NCBI GenBank assembly: GCA_003650125.1
Contig: QNFX01000004.1
Coordinates: 19,738 to 83,737 of the forward strand
From: Campylobacterota bacterium
GTDB lineage: Bacteria > Bdellovibrionota > Bacteriovoracia > Bacteriovoracales > Bacteriovoracaceae
DNA: 64,000 nt
Direction: 5' to 3'
The notes beneath the pieces were generated by a model, which made no database searches, was not told the DNA's origin, and was given only the letters and a program-made list of their open reading frames with translations. The translations under genes were made by a program, and so were the position numbers. Positions 39,381 to 48,587 of this stretch are shown here, in pieces (the first letter of the stretch is position 1; each line of letters starts with the position of its first letter).

Positions 39381-39851
39381 ATGTTAACCCATGTAGATGA
39401 AAAAAATAATCCTAAAATGGTAGATGTATCACCAAAAGTTGAAACCAATCGCTATGCCTATGCCAGATGCCATGTGGTACTTCCCCCAGAAATCATTGAT
39501 CTTTTCTCTGGAAAAGAAATTCACTCTAAAAAGGGCCCGGTTTTTCAAACGGCAATCATTGCTGGAACCATGGCACTAAAACAAACCTCTGCTCTTATTC
39601 CTTTTTGTCATCAACTAAATATAGAAGGTAGCAAAATAGAAATAAAAATGGAAAAGAATATTGCCTTCGTTGACTGCACTGTTAAATGTTTTGGCAAAAC
39701 AGGAGTGGAGATGGAGGCCTTAATGGGCGCCCAAATAGCGGCCCTCACAATTTATGATATGTGCAAGGCGATCTCCCAAAATATTGTAATTGATAATCTG
39801 CACCTGGTGAAAAAAAAAGGAGGAAAGAGTGACTACCACAAAATTTCATGA
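39381..39851 (+). CDS. moaC: cyclic pyranopterin monophosphate synthase MoaC
   Basis: LTHVDE...MVDVS, IPFCHQL, KTGVEMEAL, IYDMCKA blocks. Confidence 0.9.
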   Translation: MLTHVDEKNNPKMVDVSPKVETNRYAYARCHVVLPPEIIDLFSGKEIHSKKGPVFQTAIIAGTMALKQTSALIPFCHQLNIEGSKIEIKMEKNIAFVDCTVKCFGKTGVEMEALMGAQIAALTIYDMCKAISQNIVIDNLHLVKKKGGKSDYHKIS

Positions 39852-40950
39852 CTCTGAAATTTACTTTTGTGGCTTTTCCGACTCGGGTAAATCCACTCTT
39901 ATATCTAAGTTAATAAAAAAAATGGGGTCTGACTTTAATATTGGCTACCTAAAACATGATGCTCATAAATTTTCTATGGACAAGGAAGGAAAGGATACCT
40001 GGAAAGCAACAAATGCTGGGGCCAAAAGAATTGCCATCACTTCTAAAGATAAAAATGCCTATATTATTCATGATCAATTCAAAGACAATCTCTTAATACC
40101 TAGTTTTAGCGACTGTGACATGCTTTTTGTAGAGGGGTTTAAGTTTACCACTCTTCCTAAGATTTTAGTTTTAGGTGAATTTGAAACTAAGACAAGAATT
40201 CTTGAAAAATTACACTCCAAGGAAGTGACCGGAGCTATTGCACTAGTTGGTATAGAAGAGACAAATACTACAAATATCAATCTTCCTTACTTTAACCGAG
40301 ATGATATTAAAGGAATTCAAAGCTTCATCCTTGAATTCTTCCATCAAAAATTCAAGGATATTCCAATCTATGGACTGATCCTGGCCGGTGGAAAAAGTTC
40401 TCGTATGGGTGAAGATAAAGGATCTTTAGATTACCATGGGATGGCCCAAGTAGATCATGTACAAAAAATCCTAAGAAACTTCACCAAACAATGTTTTGTC
40501 TCTTGTCGTAAAGAACAAGAACATCTCCCTCATTTAAAATATCATTTACAAATTCACGACCGCCTACTAGAGATGGGCCCAGGAGGAGGTATTGTATCTG
40601 CACTCATGGAACATAAAAAGGCCGCATGGCTTGTACTTGCCTGTGATTTGCCCTTTCTAGATGAAGCTACTATCGAAAATATAATTGCCAAACGAAATCC
40701 CTTTAAAGTGGCAACCTGTTATAGGTCTAGTAAAAATAAACTTCCCGAACCATTATGTGCAATTTATGAACCTCGGGCAAAGCAAAATTTCTTTCAATTT
40801 TTTGCTAAGGGATATACTTGTCCCCGTAAAATGTTAATTAATTCTAATGTCTTAAATATTGATTTATTAAATGAAAGTTCTCTGGCCAATGCCAACACTC
40901 CCGATGATTTTAAATTGGCCAAAGAAAAATTAGGAGAGGTAGTACTGTGA
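39829..40950 (+). CDS. mobA: fused MobB-MobA (molybdopterin-guanine dinucleotide biosynthesis)
   Basis: The N-terminal half has the MobB P-loop context GFSDSGKSTL and LKHDAHKF. The C-terminal half has MobA motifs LILAGGKSSRMGEDKG and LACDLPF. GTG start behind AGGAGG. Confidence 0.8.
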   Translation: MTTTKFHDSEIYFCGFSDSGKSTLISKLIKKMGSDFNIGYLKHDAHKFSMDKEGKDTWKATNAGAKRIAITSKDKNAYIIHDQFKDNLLIPSFSDCDMLFVEGFKFTTLPKILVLGEFETKTRILEKLHSKEVTGAIALVGIEETNTTNINLPYFNRDDIKGIQSFILEFFHQKFKDIPIYGLILAGGKSSRMGEDKGSLDYHGMAQVDHVQKILRNFTKQCFVSCRKEQEHLPHLKYHLQIHDRLLEMGPGGGIVSALMEHKKAAWLVLACDLPFLDEATIENIIAKRNPFKVATCYRSSKNKLPEPLCAIYEPRAKQNFFQFFAKGYTCPRKMLINSNVLNIDLLNESSLANANTPDDFKLAKEKLGEVVL

Positions 40951-41186
40951 AAATAAGTATTAAATACTTTGCAATGATTAGAGACAATACAGGTATCGAG
41001 GGGGAGGTGATTGACACCAATGTTATAACCCCCTCAGAGCTCTATGATTTATTAAGCGAAAAATATTCTATAAAACTAAAGCAATCAGACTTACGGGTGG
41101 CGATTAATAATAGTTTTGAAAGCTTCACTACCCCTTTAAAAGAAAACGATGTAGTGGCATTTATCCCACCAGTTGCCGGAGGTTAG
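40947..41186 (+). CDS. moaD: molybdopterin synthase sulfur-carrier subunit MoaD
   Basis: 79 aa with a ubiquitin-like length and a C-terminal ...IPPVAGG di-glycine. Confidence 0.8.
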   Translation: MKISIKYFAMIRDNTGIEGEVIDTNVITPSELYDLLSEKYSIKLKQSDLRVAINNSFESFTTPLKENDVVAFIPPVAGG

Positions 41187-41601
41187 AAAATTGTTTGAAA
41201 TATCTGATAAAAGCATTGAAGAAATCATTTTGAAAAATAGATTTGACCCCGTAGTAGGTGGAGTAGTCACTTTTGAGGGGCGGGTTCGAAATCACAATGA
41301 TGGACATAAAGTTAAATCTCTTGAGTATCAGGCATTCGAAGAGATGGCCTTGGTCGAAGGTAATAAAATTGTTAAAGAGGCCTTAGAGGTTTTTGGGATT
41401 GAGCAACTCTTTTGTGTACACAGAACAGGACATTTAAAAATATCTGATCTGGCGATATGGATTTATGCTGCTAGCAAGCATCGAAAAGAGGCCTTCTTGG
41501 CCTGCCAATACACTATCGATGAAATAAAAAAAAGAGTACCAGTTTGGAAACGGGAACACTACCAAGACCTCGAACCTCAATGGGTTCAGTGTCATCACTA
41601 A
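41173..41601 (+). CDS. moaE: molybdopterin synthase catalytic subunit MoaE
   Basis: VGGVVTFEGRVRN, LEYQAFEEMA, HRTGHL, PVWKRE blocks. The start (TTG at 41173 or a downstream TTG) is uncertain. Confidence 0.85.
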   Translation: MPEVRKLFEISDKSIEEIILKNRFDPVVGGVVTFEGRVRNHNDGHKVKSLEYQAFEEMALVEGNKIVKEALEVFGIEQLFCVHRTGHLKISDLAIWIYAASKHRKEAFLACQYTIDEIKKRVPVWKREHYQDLEPQWVQCHH

Positions 41602-41603
41602 TT

Positions 41604-42347
41604 ATGGATTTAGTTTTTTTAACTATATTATTTTTTATCGTAGCATTTTTTTATTCCATGGTTGGTTTCGGAGGAGGCTCCTCCTATATTGCACTACTCA
41701 TTTTGTTTTCTACCCCCTACCTGGCCCTTCCCAAAATAGCATTAACCTGTAATTTAATTGTTGTAAGTGGTGGATTAATACATAGCTTGAAAAGTAAAAA
41801 CTTCTCTTTTCGTTTTTTGCTACCTTTTATACTCACTTCTGTTCCCCTGGCCTATGTCGGGGGAAAAATTCCTATCGATGAAAACACCTTTCGTTTAATC
41901 CTTGGAGTCTGCCTTTTAATTGCCGGGTTAAAAATGCTTTTTTTTAAAAAATCAAACCAGGGCTATAAAGATCACCTAGAAATCCCTCCCACTATCCCCT
42001 CCTTGATTCTTGGTAGTGGACTGGGACTTATCTCTGGAATTGTGGGGGTTGGAGGAGGAATATTTCTTTCCCCTCTTTTGTTTTTGTTTAAATGGGGAAA
42101 TCCCAACAAAATTGCCGCAACCGCTTCTGGTTTCATCTTTTTTAATTCCATTTCTGGTTTAATCGGGCAGTTTCAAAAAAATGGAAATATTCCTGATTTT
42201 GTTTCCTATTGGCCATTATTTATAGCTGTTTTAATTGGTGGGCAGATGGGAAGTTATCTCTCCAATAAAAAATTACCTCAGAGAAGGATTGAAGTTTTTA
42301 CATCTTTTTTAGTAATCCTTGTCTCTTCTAGGTTATTAATGAGCTAA
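41604..42347 (+). CDS. TauE/SafE-family (sulfite exporter-like) membrane protein
   Basis: Seven or eight TM helices with duplicated GxGGG motifs (VGFGGGSSY, VGVGGGIF). Start moved to the ATG at 41604, just after the moaE stop. Confidence 0.75.
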   Translation: MDLVFLTILFFIVAFFYSMVGFGGGSSYIALLILFSTPYLALPKIALTCNLIVVSGGLIHSLKSKNFSFRFLLPFILTSVPLAYVGGKIPIDENTFRLILGVCLLIAGLKMLFFKKSNQGYKDHLEIPPTIPSLILGSGLGLISGIVGVGGGIFLSPLLFLFKWGNPNKIAATASGFIFFNSISGLIGQFQKNGNIPDFVSYWPLFIAVLIGGQMGSYLSNKKLPQRRIEVFTSFLVILVSSRLLMS

Positions 42348-43024
42348 TTTCTCAAACTGGTATGAGGGATTTTCTCTTGAGCTGTTTTTAAAATTTTCTC
42401 ACAAGTTGCTTTATCAAAAGGGATTATTTTTTTAAAATTAGGATCAATTGTTTTAATATTTCTAAAAGGTTGTAGAATCCATTTTTTGACCCCTTTTAGC
42501 ATTTGAGACATTTCAGATATCTCCTTTGGGCCTACTAGCGAGGGTACTAAGGTAGTTCTGATTTCATAATCAAAATTATTTTGATTTAAAATATAATCTA
42601 GTGAAGAGGAAATTTTTTCTTCTATATTTTTCACACCCGTTAATTCACAGTATCTCCCGAGTGACGTTTTAAAGTCCATCGCTAGGTAATCAATATCTAA
42701 ATCATATAAAATTTCAGGATGAGTACCATTGGTATCTAATTTTACCAAAAGCCCCATCTTTTTAATTTTGTGGATAAATTGCTTTAGGCCCAAATATTGG
42801 GTCGGCTCTCCGCCACTGATGCAGACAGCATCGATCCACCTTCCTCGTGCTTTAAATAGATATTCAAAGACCTCAGCTTCAGTCGTTGTTTTGGTTTTAC
42901 CGAAAACTAGATCAGGATTATGGCAATATCCACATCTAAAATTACAACCACTAATAAATATAGTGGTTGCAATTTGTTCAGGATAGTCCACAAAAGAGAC
43001 TGGTATTATCCCTCCTATAGACAA
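42344..43024 (-). CDS. nrdG: anaerobic ribonucleoside-triphosphate reductase activating protein (radical SAM)
   Basis: VDYPEQIATTIFISGCNFRCGYCHNP cluster motif and ISGGEPT. Overlaps the nrdD stop. Confidence 0.85.
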   Translation of the reverse strand: MSIGGIIPVSFVDYPEQIATTIFISGCNFRCGYCHNPDLVFGKTKTTTEAEVFEYLFKARGRWIDAVCISGGEPTQYLGLKQFIHKIKKMGLLVKLDTNGTHPEILYDLDIDYLAMDFKTSLGRYCELTGVKNIEEKISSSLDYILNQNNFDYEIRTTLVPSLVGPKEISEMSQMLKGVKKWILQPFRNIKTIDPNFKKIIPFDKATCEKILKTAQEKIPHTSLRN

Positions 43025-45351
43025 TTGTTGATCTCCTCAACCGTATGGGCCCGGCCAACGAGTTTTTTGTTCTCATCATAAAAAACGATTGTTGGAACAG
43101 TCTTAATTTTTAGTTCTTGCGCCATATTCTGACCCATTTCACTTTCTGCATCTACATAAATCCCCTTAATATTTAAATTTTTTATATTTTCTTTAACTGC
43201 AGGACACCTTGGGCAGTTATCGGTATAGAAGAATGTAAAGGTACTAGGGTGGTTTTCTCCGCTAGCAGCGTCAATCACATATTCTTGTCTTTCTTTAAAC
43301 TCTGATTTTTTCCCCTTATTCCAGTTCTGTACTGGACGGTAATATCCCACGACCCTGCTATAAACCTCTGATTCTTTCCCACAATCTGGGCAATTAAAAT
43401 GTTCACCAGAAATTCGCCCATGATCTTGGCATATGGAAAAAGTCGGCGTGATGGTAAAATATGGGAGGTGAAAATTATAAGCAACTTTTTTTACCAAGGC
43501 CTGAGCTGTCTTCCAATCTTTAATATCTTCGCCAAGAAAACCATGAAAAACTGTGCCTCCAGTGTATTTTGTCTGCAATGAATCTTGATGTTCTAAGGCC
43601 TGAAAAATATCTTTGGTATAATCTACAGGCAAATGAGTTGAGTTAGTATAAAACTTCTCATCATCTCCAGATTGGATGATACCAGGAAATCTTTCTTGAT
43701 CTTTAAGTGCTAAACGATACGAGGCCCCTTCAGCGGGTGTTGCCTCAAGATTGAATAGATTTCCTGTCTCTTCTTGGTAATCGGAAAGTTTTTTTCTCAT
43801 AAATTCTAAAATTTCTTCAGCGAATTCCTTTCCACGACTTTCATCAATCGAAGCTCCTAGAAAGTTCAGGCAGCATTCATTCATTCCATTGAGACCAATG
43901 GTAGAGAAATGATTGTCCAGATTTTTTAAGAATCTTTTTGAATAGGGAAAAAGACCTTGGGCCATAAGCGTATCGATTAATTTCCTTTTAATTTCCAGAG
44001 ATTCTTTGGCCAAATTCATCAGCTTATCTAATTGAGAGAAAACCTCTTCTTTACTTTTAGCAACAAAGCCTATTCTTGGTAGATTAATAGTTACAACGCC
44101 AATAGAACCAGTGAATTCATCAGCACCAAATAATCCCCCGCCTCGATTCCTAAGCTCTCTTTTATCCAATTGCAGGCGACAGCACATAGAGCGGACATCA
44201 CTTGGATCAAGATTTGAATTTATAAAATTTTGAAAATATGGGGTACCAAACTGGGCAGTCATTTTAAATAATAACTCTGCATTAGCGGAGGCCCAATTAA
44301 AATCACGAGTGATATTATAAGTAGGAATTGGATAAGAAAAACCTCTTCCATCAGCATCCCCTTCTAACATTACTTCTAAAAATACTTTATTAATAACATC
44401 CATCTCTTCCTGACAATCTTCATAACAAAAATCTAGTTCAACTCCTCCTACAATGGCCTTTTGTTTTTTAAGATCTTTTGGCACAGTCCAATCAAGAGTA
44501 ATATTGGTAAAAGGTGCCTGGGATCCCCAACGAGATGGAGTATTCATATTAAAAATAAAACTTTGAACTGCCTGCTTAACTGTTTTTTCATCTAATTTAT
44601 CGACCCTAACAAATGGAGCAAGATAGGTATCAAAACTGGAAAAGGCCTGGGCCCCGGCCCATTCATTTTGCATGATTCCCAAAAAATTCACCATCTGGGA
44701 TATAACAGAAGAAAGATGTTTTGCTGGTTTTGAATTAACCTTATTTTTAACTCCACTTATCCCTTCTAGAAGAAGCTGTCTTAAACTCCAACCGGCACAA
44801 TAGCCAGAAAACATGGAAAGATCGTGAATATGGTAATCCCCCTCTGTATGCGCCTTAGATACTTCAGGAGGATAGATATGATTAAGCCAATAATTAGCGG
44901 TTACCGCCCCTGAATTGTGTAAGATAAGTCCACCAAGTGAAAAGTTTACGTTACTATTTTCCTGAACTCGCCAATCGGATTTCTTAAGATATCCATCCAT
45001 AGTTTTTTCAATATCTAGTAAGAACTCTTTTCCTTTCCTTATCTTTCTTTGTTGATCTCGATAGAGAATATAAGATTTTGCTGCCTCTAATTCTCCTTCA
45101 GACATCAAAATTTTCTCAACAATATCTTGAACTTCTTCTACTGCCGGAATCGTTCTAAGATGACGATCCTTCCAAAGTTCACCTTCAACTTTAGTTGATA
45201 AAGTTTTAGCTAATAATTTATCTGACTTACCTATAGAATCTAGCGCCTTAAATATAGCACTTTCTATTTTAGCTCTATCAAATAATGCAACCTGATTGTT
45301 TCTTTTTAGAATCCTTTTTGATTCTCCGACCATGGAATAAATTTTTGTCAT
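43015..45351 (-). CDS. nrdD: anaerobic (class III) ribonucleoside-triphosphate reductase with a C-terminal thioredoxin-like extension
   Basis: N-terminal ATP-cone (ILKRNNQVALFDRAKIESAI), Zn ribbon CPDCG, glycyl-radical motif RVVGYYRP. A further ~76-aa CPRC/VPT thioredoxin-fold-like tail follows. Confidence 0.9.
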   Translation of the reverse strand: MTKIYSMVGESKRILKRNNQVALFDRAKIESAIFKALDSIGKSDKLLAKTLSTKVEGELWKDRHLRTIPAVEEVQDIVEKILMSEGELEAAKSYILYRDQQRKIRKGKEFLLDIEKTMDGYLKKSDWRVQENSNVNFSLGGLILHNSGAVTANYWLNHIYPPEVSKAHTEGDYHIHDLSMFSGYCAGWSLRQLLLEGISGVKNKVNSKPAKHLSSVISQMVNFLGIMQNEWAGAQAFSSFDTYLAPFVRVDKLDEKTVKQAVQSFIFNMNTPSRWGSQAPFTNITLDWTVPKDLKKQKAIVGGVELDFCYEDCQEEMDVINKVFLEVMLEGDADGRGFSYPIPTYNITRDFNWASANAELLFKMTAQFGTPYFQNFINSNLDPSDVRSMCCRLQLDKRELRNRGGGLFGADEFTGSIGVVTINLPRIGFVAKSKEEVFSQLDKLMNLAKESLEIKRKLIDTLMAQGLFPYSKRFLKNLDNHFSTIGLNGMNECCLNFLGASIDESRGKEFAEEILEFMRKKLSDYQEETGNLFNLEATPAEGASYRLALKDQERFPGIIQSGDDEKFYTNSTHLPVDYTKDIFQALEHQDSLQTKYTGGTVFHGFLGEDIKDWKTAQALVKKVAYNFHLPYFTITPTFSICQDHGRISGEHFNCPDCGKESEVYSRVVGYYRPVQNWNKGKKSEFKERQEYVIDAASGENHPSTFTFFYTDNCPRCPAVKENIKNLNIKGIYVDAESEMGQNMAQELKIKTVPTIVFYDENKKLVGRAHTVEEINNCL

Positions 45352-45530
45352 TTCCTTTTCCTCTCTTTTTATCTGTTGCCCTCATTTTATTTTTTAATCG
45401 TTTAAAAAGGAAAGAAGGAAATCTGGAATTATTCTCAATGGATTTCATGAGCGAAATCATAGAATAGAATACAATAGAACTCCTCTTCCCTTGGTTTAAA
45501 AACCTAGATTCTGACTAGGAAAAGAAGTTC

Positions 45531-45557
45531 TTTGATAAAATAATGATATTTATCAAA
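45531..45557. promoter_or_regulatory. 9-bp inverted repeat TTTGATAAA-N9-TTTATCAAA with a nested FNR/CRP-like half-site pair (aTGAT-N4-ATCAA)
   Basis: Read directly at 45531-45539 / 45549-45557. The nested 14-mer is at 45543-45556. It lies in the divergent nrdD / KAS intergenic region, 84 nt from the KAS ATG and 198 nt from the nrdD ATG. Confidence 0.3.
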
Positions 45558-45633
45558 ATATTTAATTACATTAATTTTTTTATACTTAAAAGAAGGATGC
45601 TATAAGGCCTATTCCCGTTGGAGGTTTATTTAA

Positions 45634-46797
45634 ATGAATATCGCAATCACAGGAATTGGCTCAATATCCCCCTTAGGCACGAACAAAAGTGATATCTGGT
45701 CTAGTTATAAGAGTCAAAACTCTTTAATAAAAAATAAGTTGATAGATGGGAAATCTGAACTCGTTGCCCCTCTAACAAAGTTGGGAGAAACAATGTTAGA
45801 TCTTTTAAAACAAGAAAGGAGAACTTACACCTCCTTGGACAGGTCTGTTTTACTATCTATTATTGCTGCTAGGAATTGTTATTTAGATGCTAAATGGAAT
45901 GAGCATGTTGGCGTCAATATTTCCTCTTCAAGGGGAGCAACAGAAACATTTGAAAAAAACCATGAAGATTTCCTCAAATTTGGAAAAGTATCCTCTCACT
46001 GTTCCCCAACCACAACGCTTGGAAATATTTCTAGCTGGGTAGCTCAAGATCTTAAACTAAAAGCAATCTCAATTGAAAATTCCATGACTTGCAGCTCGGC
46101 CTTTCATGCTCTGTTAAATGGTATTTCCTGGATTGAGTCAGGTCTTGTCAATCACTTTATTTTTGGTGGAAGTGAAGCACCGTTAACTCCCTTTACCTTG
46201 GCACAGATGAAGGCATTAAAAATATATCGCAACGATTTTGACCAACACTATCCCTGCAAACCATTTGGAAGTGATAACAGTGGAATGGTTTTAGGAGAGG
46301 GTTCTTGTGTAATGTCACTGGAAAAAATGAAAAGTAATATGAAAGTTCATGGAATAATTGAATCCATAGGTTTTGGCATAGAAAATATTAGCAGTCCTAC
46401 CTCCATATCAAGTGATGGAGTAGGTCTTGAAAATTCTATGAAATCTGCCATCGAAAAGATGAGTACTCCCAAACTCCCTGAAGTTGTCATTACCCACGCA
46501 CCAGGGACACGCAAAGGGGATAGTGCAGAGTTAAATGCTATCAAAAAAGTATTTCCTGACCTTCCTATTTTAACCTCTAATAAATGGTTAATAGGCCACA
46601 CATTAGGCGCCTCTGCGGCCTTTAGCTTGGAATATGCTTTATATATTTTAAAAAATAATGAATATATCGATTTTCCCTACAAAACCATATTTGAAAAACC
46701 AAAAAAAAATATTGAAAAAATAAACAAGGTATTGATTAATGCTACCGGTTTTGGTGGTAATTGTGTAAGCGTGGTAGTAACTCGTCCCAATCTTTAA
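45634..46797 (+). CDS. beta-ketoacyl-ACP synthase (KAS I/II-type, short form)
   Basis: Cys-His-His triad contexts: MTCSSAFHAL, THAPGT, GHTLGASA. C-terminal GFGGNCVSVVV. 387 aa. Confidence 0.8.
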   Translation: MNIAITGIGSISPLGTNKSDIWSSYKSQNSLIKNKLIDGKSELVAPLTKLGETMLDLLKQERRTYTSLDRSVLLSIIAARNCYLDAKWNEHVGVNISSSRGATETFEKNHEDFLKFGKVSSHCSPTTTLGNISSWVAQDLKLKAISIENSMTCSSAFHALLNGISWIESGLVNHFIFGGSEAPLTPFTLAQMKALKIYRNDFDQHYPCKPFGSDNSGMVLGEGSCVMSLEKMKSNMKVHGIIESIGFGIENISSPTSISSDGVGLENSMKSAIEKMSTPKLPEVVITHAPGTRKGDSAELNAIKKVFPDLPILTSNKWLIGHTLGASAAFSLEYALYILKNNEYIDFPYKTIFEKPKKNIEKINKVLINATGFGGNCVSVVVTRPNL

Positions 46798-47830
46798 AAC
46801 ACGGATTAAGTCCCATCTCTTTCAAAGAAATTATAATTTCCTCTAGAGAACGATTATCGGTGACGCTAAACTGCTCTAGATTATTATCACCAGGAGAGGT
46901 TTTTGATTCTGCACTAATATTTGTTGCACATAAGTTTAACAAGTGTCCGCGAATTGTTTCACTTTCTCTAGTCGAGAGAAGAATTGGCATCTGGGGAAAG
47001 GCCAGACGAAAGGCCAATAAAACTCGTACAAAATCCCGGTCCTCTAGGGGATACTTTATTTCTTCCAACCCAAAAGCATTTTGCAATCTTGGTATTGAAA
47101 TACTAAATGAAATATTCCAGAAATTACTTTTCAGATACCTTAGATGTGAAAAAAGAGTCAAGGCCTCAAAGCGATAATCAAAAAGTCCGCCAAGAAAACC
47201 AAGTGTTACTTTTTTAAATCCAGCTTCAATTGAACGTTCAACCCCCTCTATCCGGTAATTTAAGTTTGATTTTTGTCCTGATATATGAACATCTTTATAA
47301 GTCGGAGGATGATATGTTTCCTGGTATAAAACAAACTGGTCTGCTCCACTTTCCTGGAGAAGTCGGGCCTGATCACTTTCTAGCGCCCCAAATTCAACCG
47401 CTACTGAGGAAAATCCAACTTCAACCGCTAATTTGGTTGCTCGATTTAAATAATCAATATTGTTAAAATCTTTTAACTCTCCTGAAACTAATAAAATATT
47501 CCTGTAACCTCTTTTATATATGGATAAAAGTTCATTTTTAATCTCTTCAAGTTTTAGAGTTTTTCTTCTTATAATATTTGAGGAGCTAAACCCGCAATAA
47601 GAACAATTGTTATGACAAGCATTGGAGAGATAAAGAGGAATATAAATACCTCTAGTCTGGCCAAAAAAACGTTTGGTCAATGACTGTGCCTTTTGTGCCA
47701 TCACCTCTAAATAATCATTAGCTTGGGGTGATATCAGAGCAAGAAAATCAGACTGAGAGAATTTTTCTCTACTTAGCACCGATTCGACATCTTCTTTGCT
47801 TATCTGCTCTTCAAGGCCATATTTAAACAT
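46742..47830 (-). CDS. thiH: 2-iminoacetate synthase ThiH (tyrosine lyase, radical SAM)
   Basis: YLSNACHNNCSYCGF cluster motif and a C-terminal ..FKDWD tail as in E. coli ThiH. Coupled to thiG by an 8-nt overlap. Confidence 0.85.
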   Translation of the reverse strand: MFKYGLEEQISKEDVESVLSREKFSQSDFLALISPQANDYLEVMAQKAQSLTKRFFGQTRGIYIPLYLSNACHNNCSYCGFSSSNIIRRKTLKLEEIKNELLSIYKRGYRNILLVSGELKDFNNIDYLNRATKLAVEVGFSSVAVEFGALESDQARLLQESGADQFVLYQETYHPPTYKDVHISGQKSNLNYRIEGVERSIEAGFKKVTLGFLGGLFDYRFEALTLFSHLRYLKSNFWNISFSISIPRLQNAFGLEEIKYPLEDRDFVRVLLAFRLAFPQMPILLSTRESETIRGHLLNLCATNISAESKTSPGDNNLEQFSVTDNRSLEEIIISLKEMGLNPCFKDWDELLPRLHNYHQNR

Positions 47831-48587
47831 TTAAAAAACCGGTTAATGGACTTGAGGCCTGGGCCTTTTTATTTTGTCCAGGCATCCCACACTCAAAGGC
47901 CCATCTCCCCGAATCGGTAGCAGTTTTGAAGGCCTTCGCCATTAAAACAGGATCATTCGAGATGGCAATTGCGGTATTTACTAAAACTGCATCGGCCCCC
48001 ATTTCCATGGCCTGGGCCGCATCAGATGGTCTACCAAGTCCCGCATCTATTACAACGGGTACTCCAGCTTGTTCAATTATAATTTCGATCATTTCCTTGG
48101 TTTGAATTCCCCGATTAGTCCCTATCGGTGAGCCAAGAGGCATAACAGCGCTAACACCTACGTCCTCCAGTTTTTTGGCCAATACAGGATCTGCGTTTAT
48201 ATAGGGAAGAACCACAAAACCTTTTCTAACTAACTCATCACTTGCTTTAAGAGTTTCAACTGGATCTGGTAATAGATAGTGAGGATCTGGAATAACTTCT
48301 ATTTTAATCCAATTAACACCCAGTACTTCTCGAGACAACTCAGCATATAAAATGGCCTCTTCGGCAGTTCTCGCTCCTGAGGTATTGGGCATTAAAATGA
48401 TATTATCTGGAATACTTTGAAGAATTTGGTCCCGGGAATTCTGGGAAAAGTCCATCCTCCTCATGGAGACAGTAACCACCTCACAACAGCTTTCTTCAAT
48501 ACATTTTCTCATTATTTCATCTGACGGAAATTTTCCCGTTCCCAAAAAGAGGCGAGATAAGAGATTTTTATTAGCAATTTTTAACAT
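47823..48587 (-). CDS. thiG: thiazole synthase ThiG
   Basis: RLFLGTGKF, NWIKIEVI, VMPLGSPIGTNRG, VIDAGLG, LVNTAIA blocks. Confidence 0.9.
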   Translation of the reverse strand: MLKIANKNLLSRLFLGTGKFPSDEIMRKCIEESCCEVVTVSMRRMDFSQNSRDQILQSIPDNIILMPNTSGARTAEEAILYAELSREVLGVNWIKIEVIPDPHYLLPDPVETLKASDELVRKGFVVLPYINADPVLAKKLEDVGVSAVMPLGSPIGTNRGIQTKEMIEIIIEQAGVPVVIDAGLGRPSDAAQAMEMGADAVLVNTAIAISNDPVLMAKAFKTATDSGRWAFECGMPGQNKKAQASSPLTGFLNV

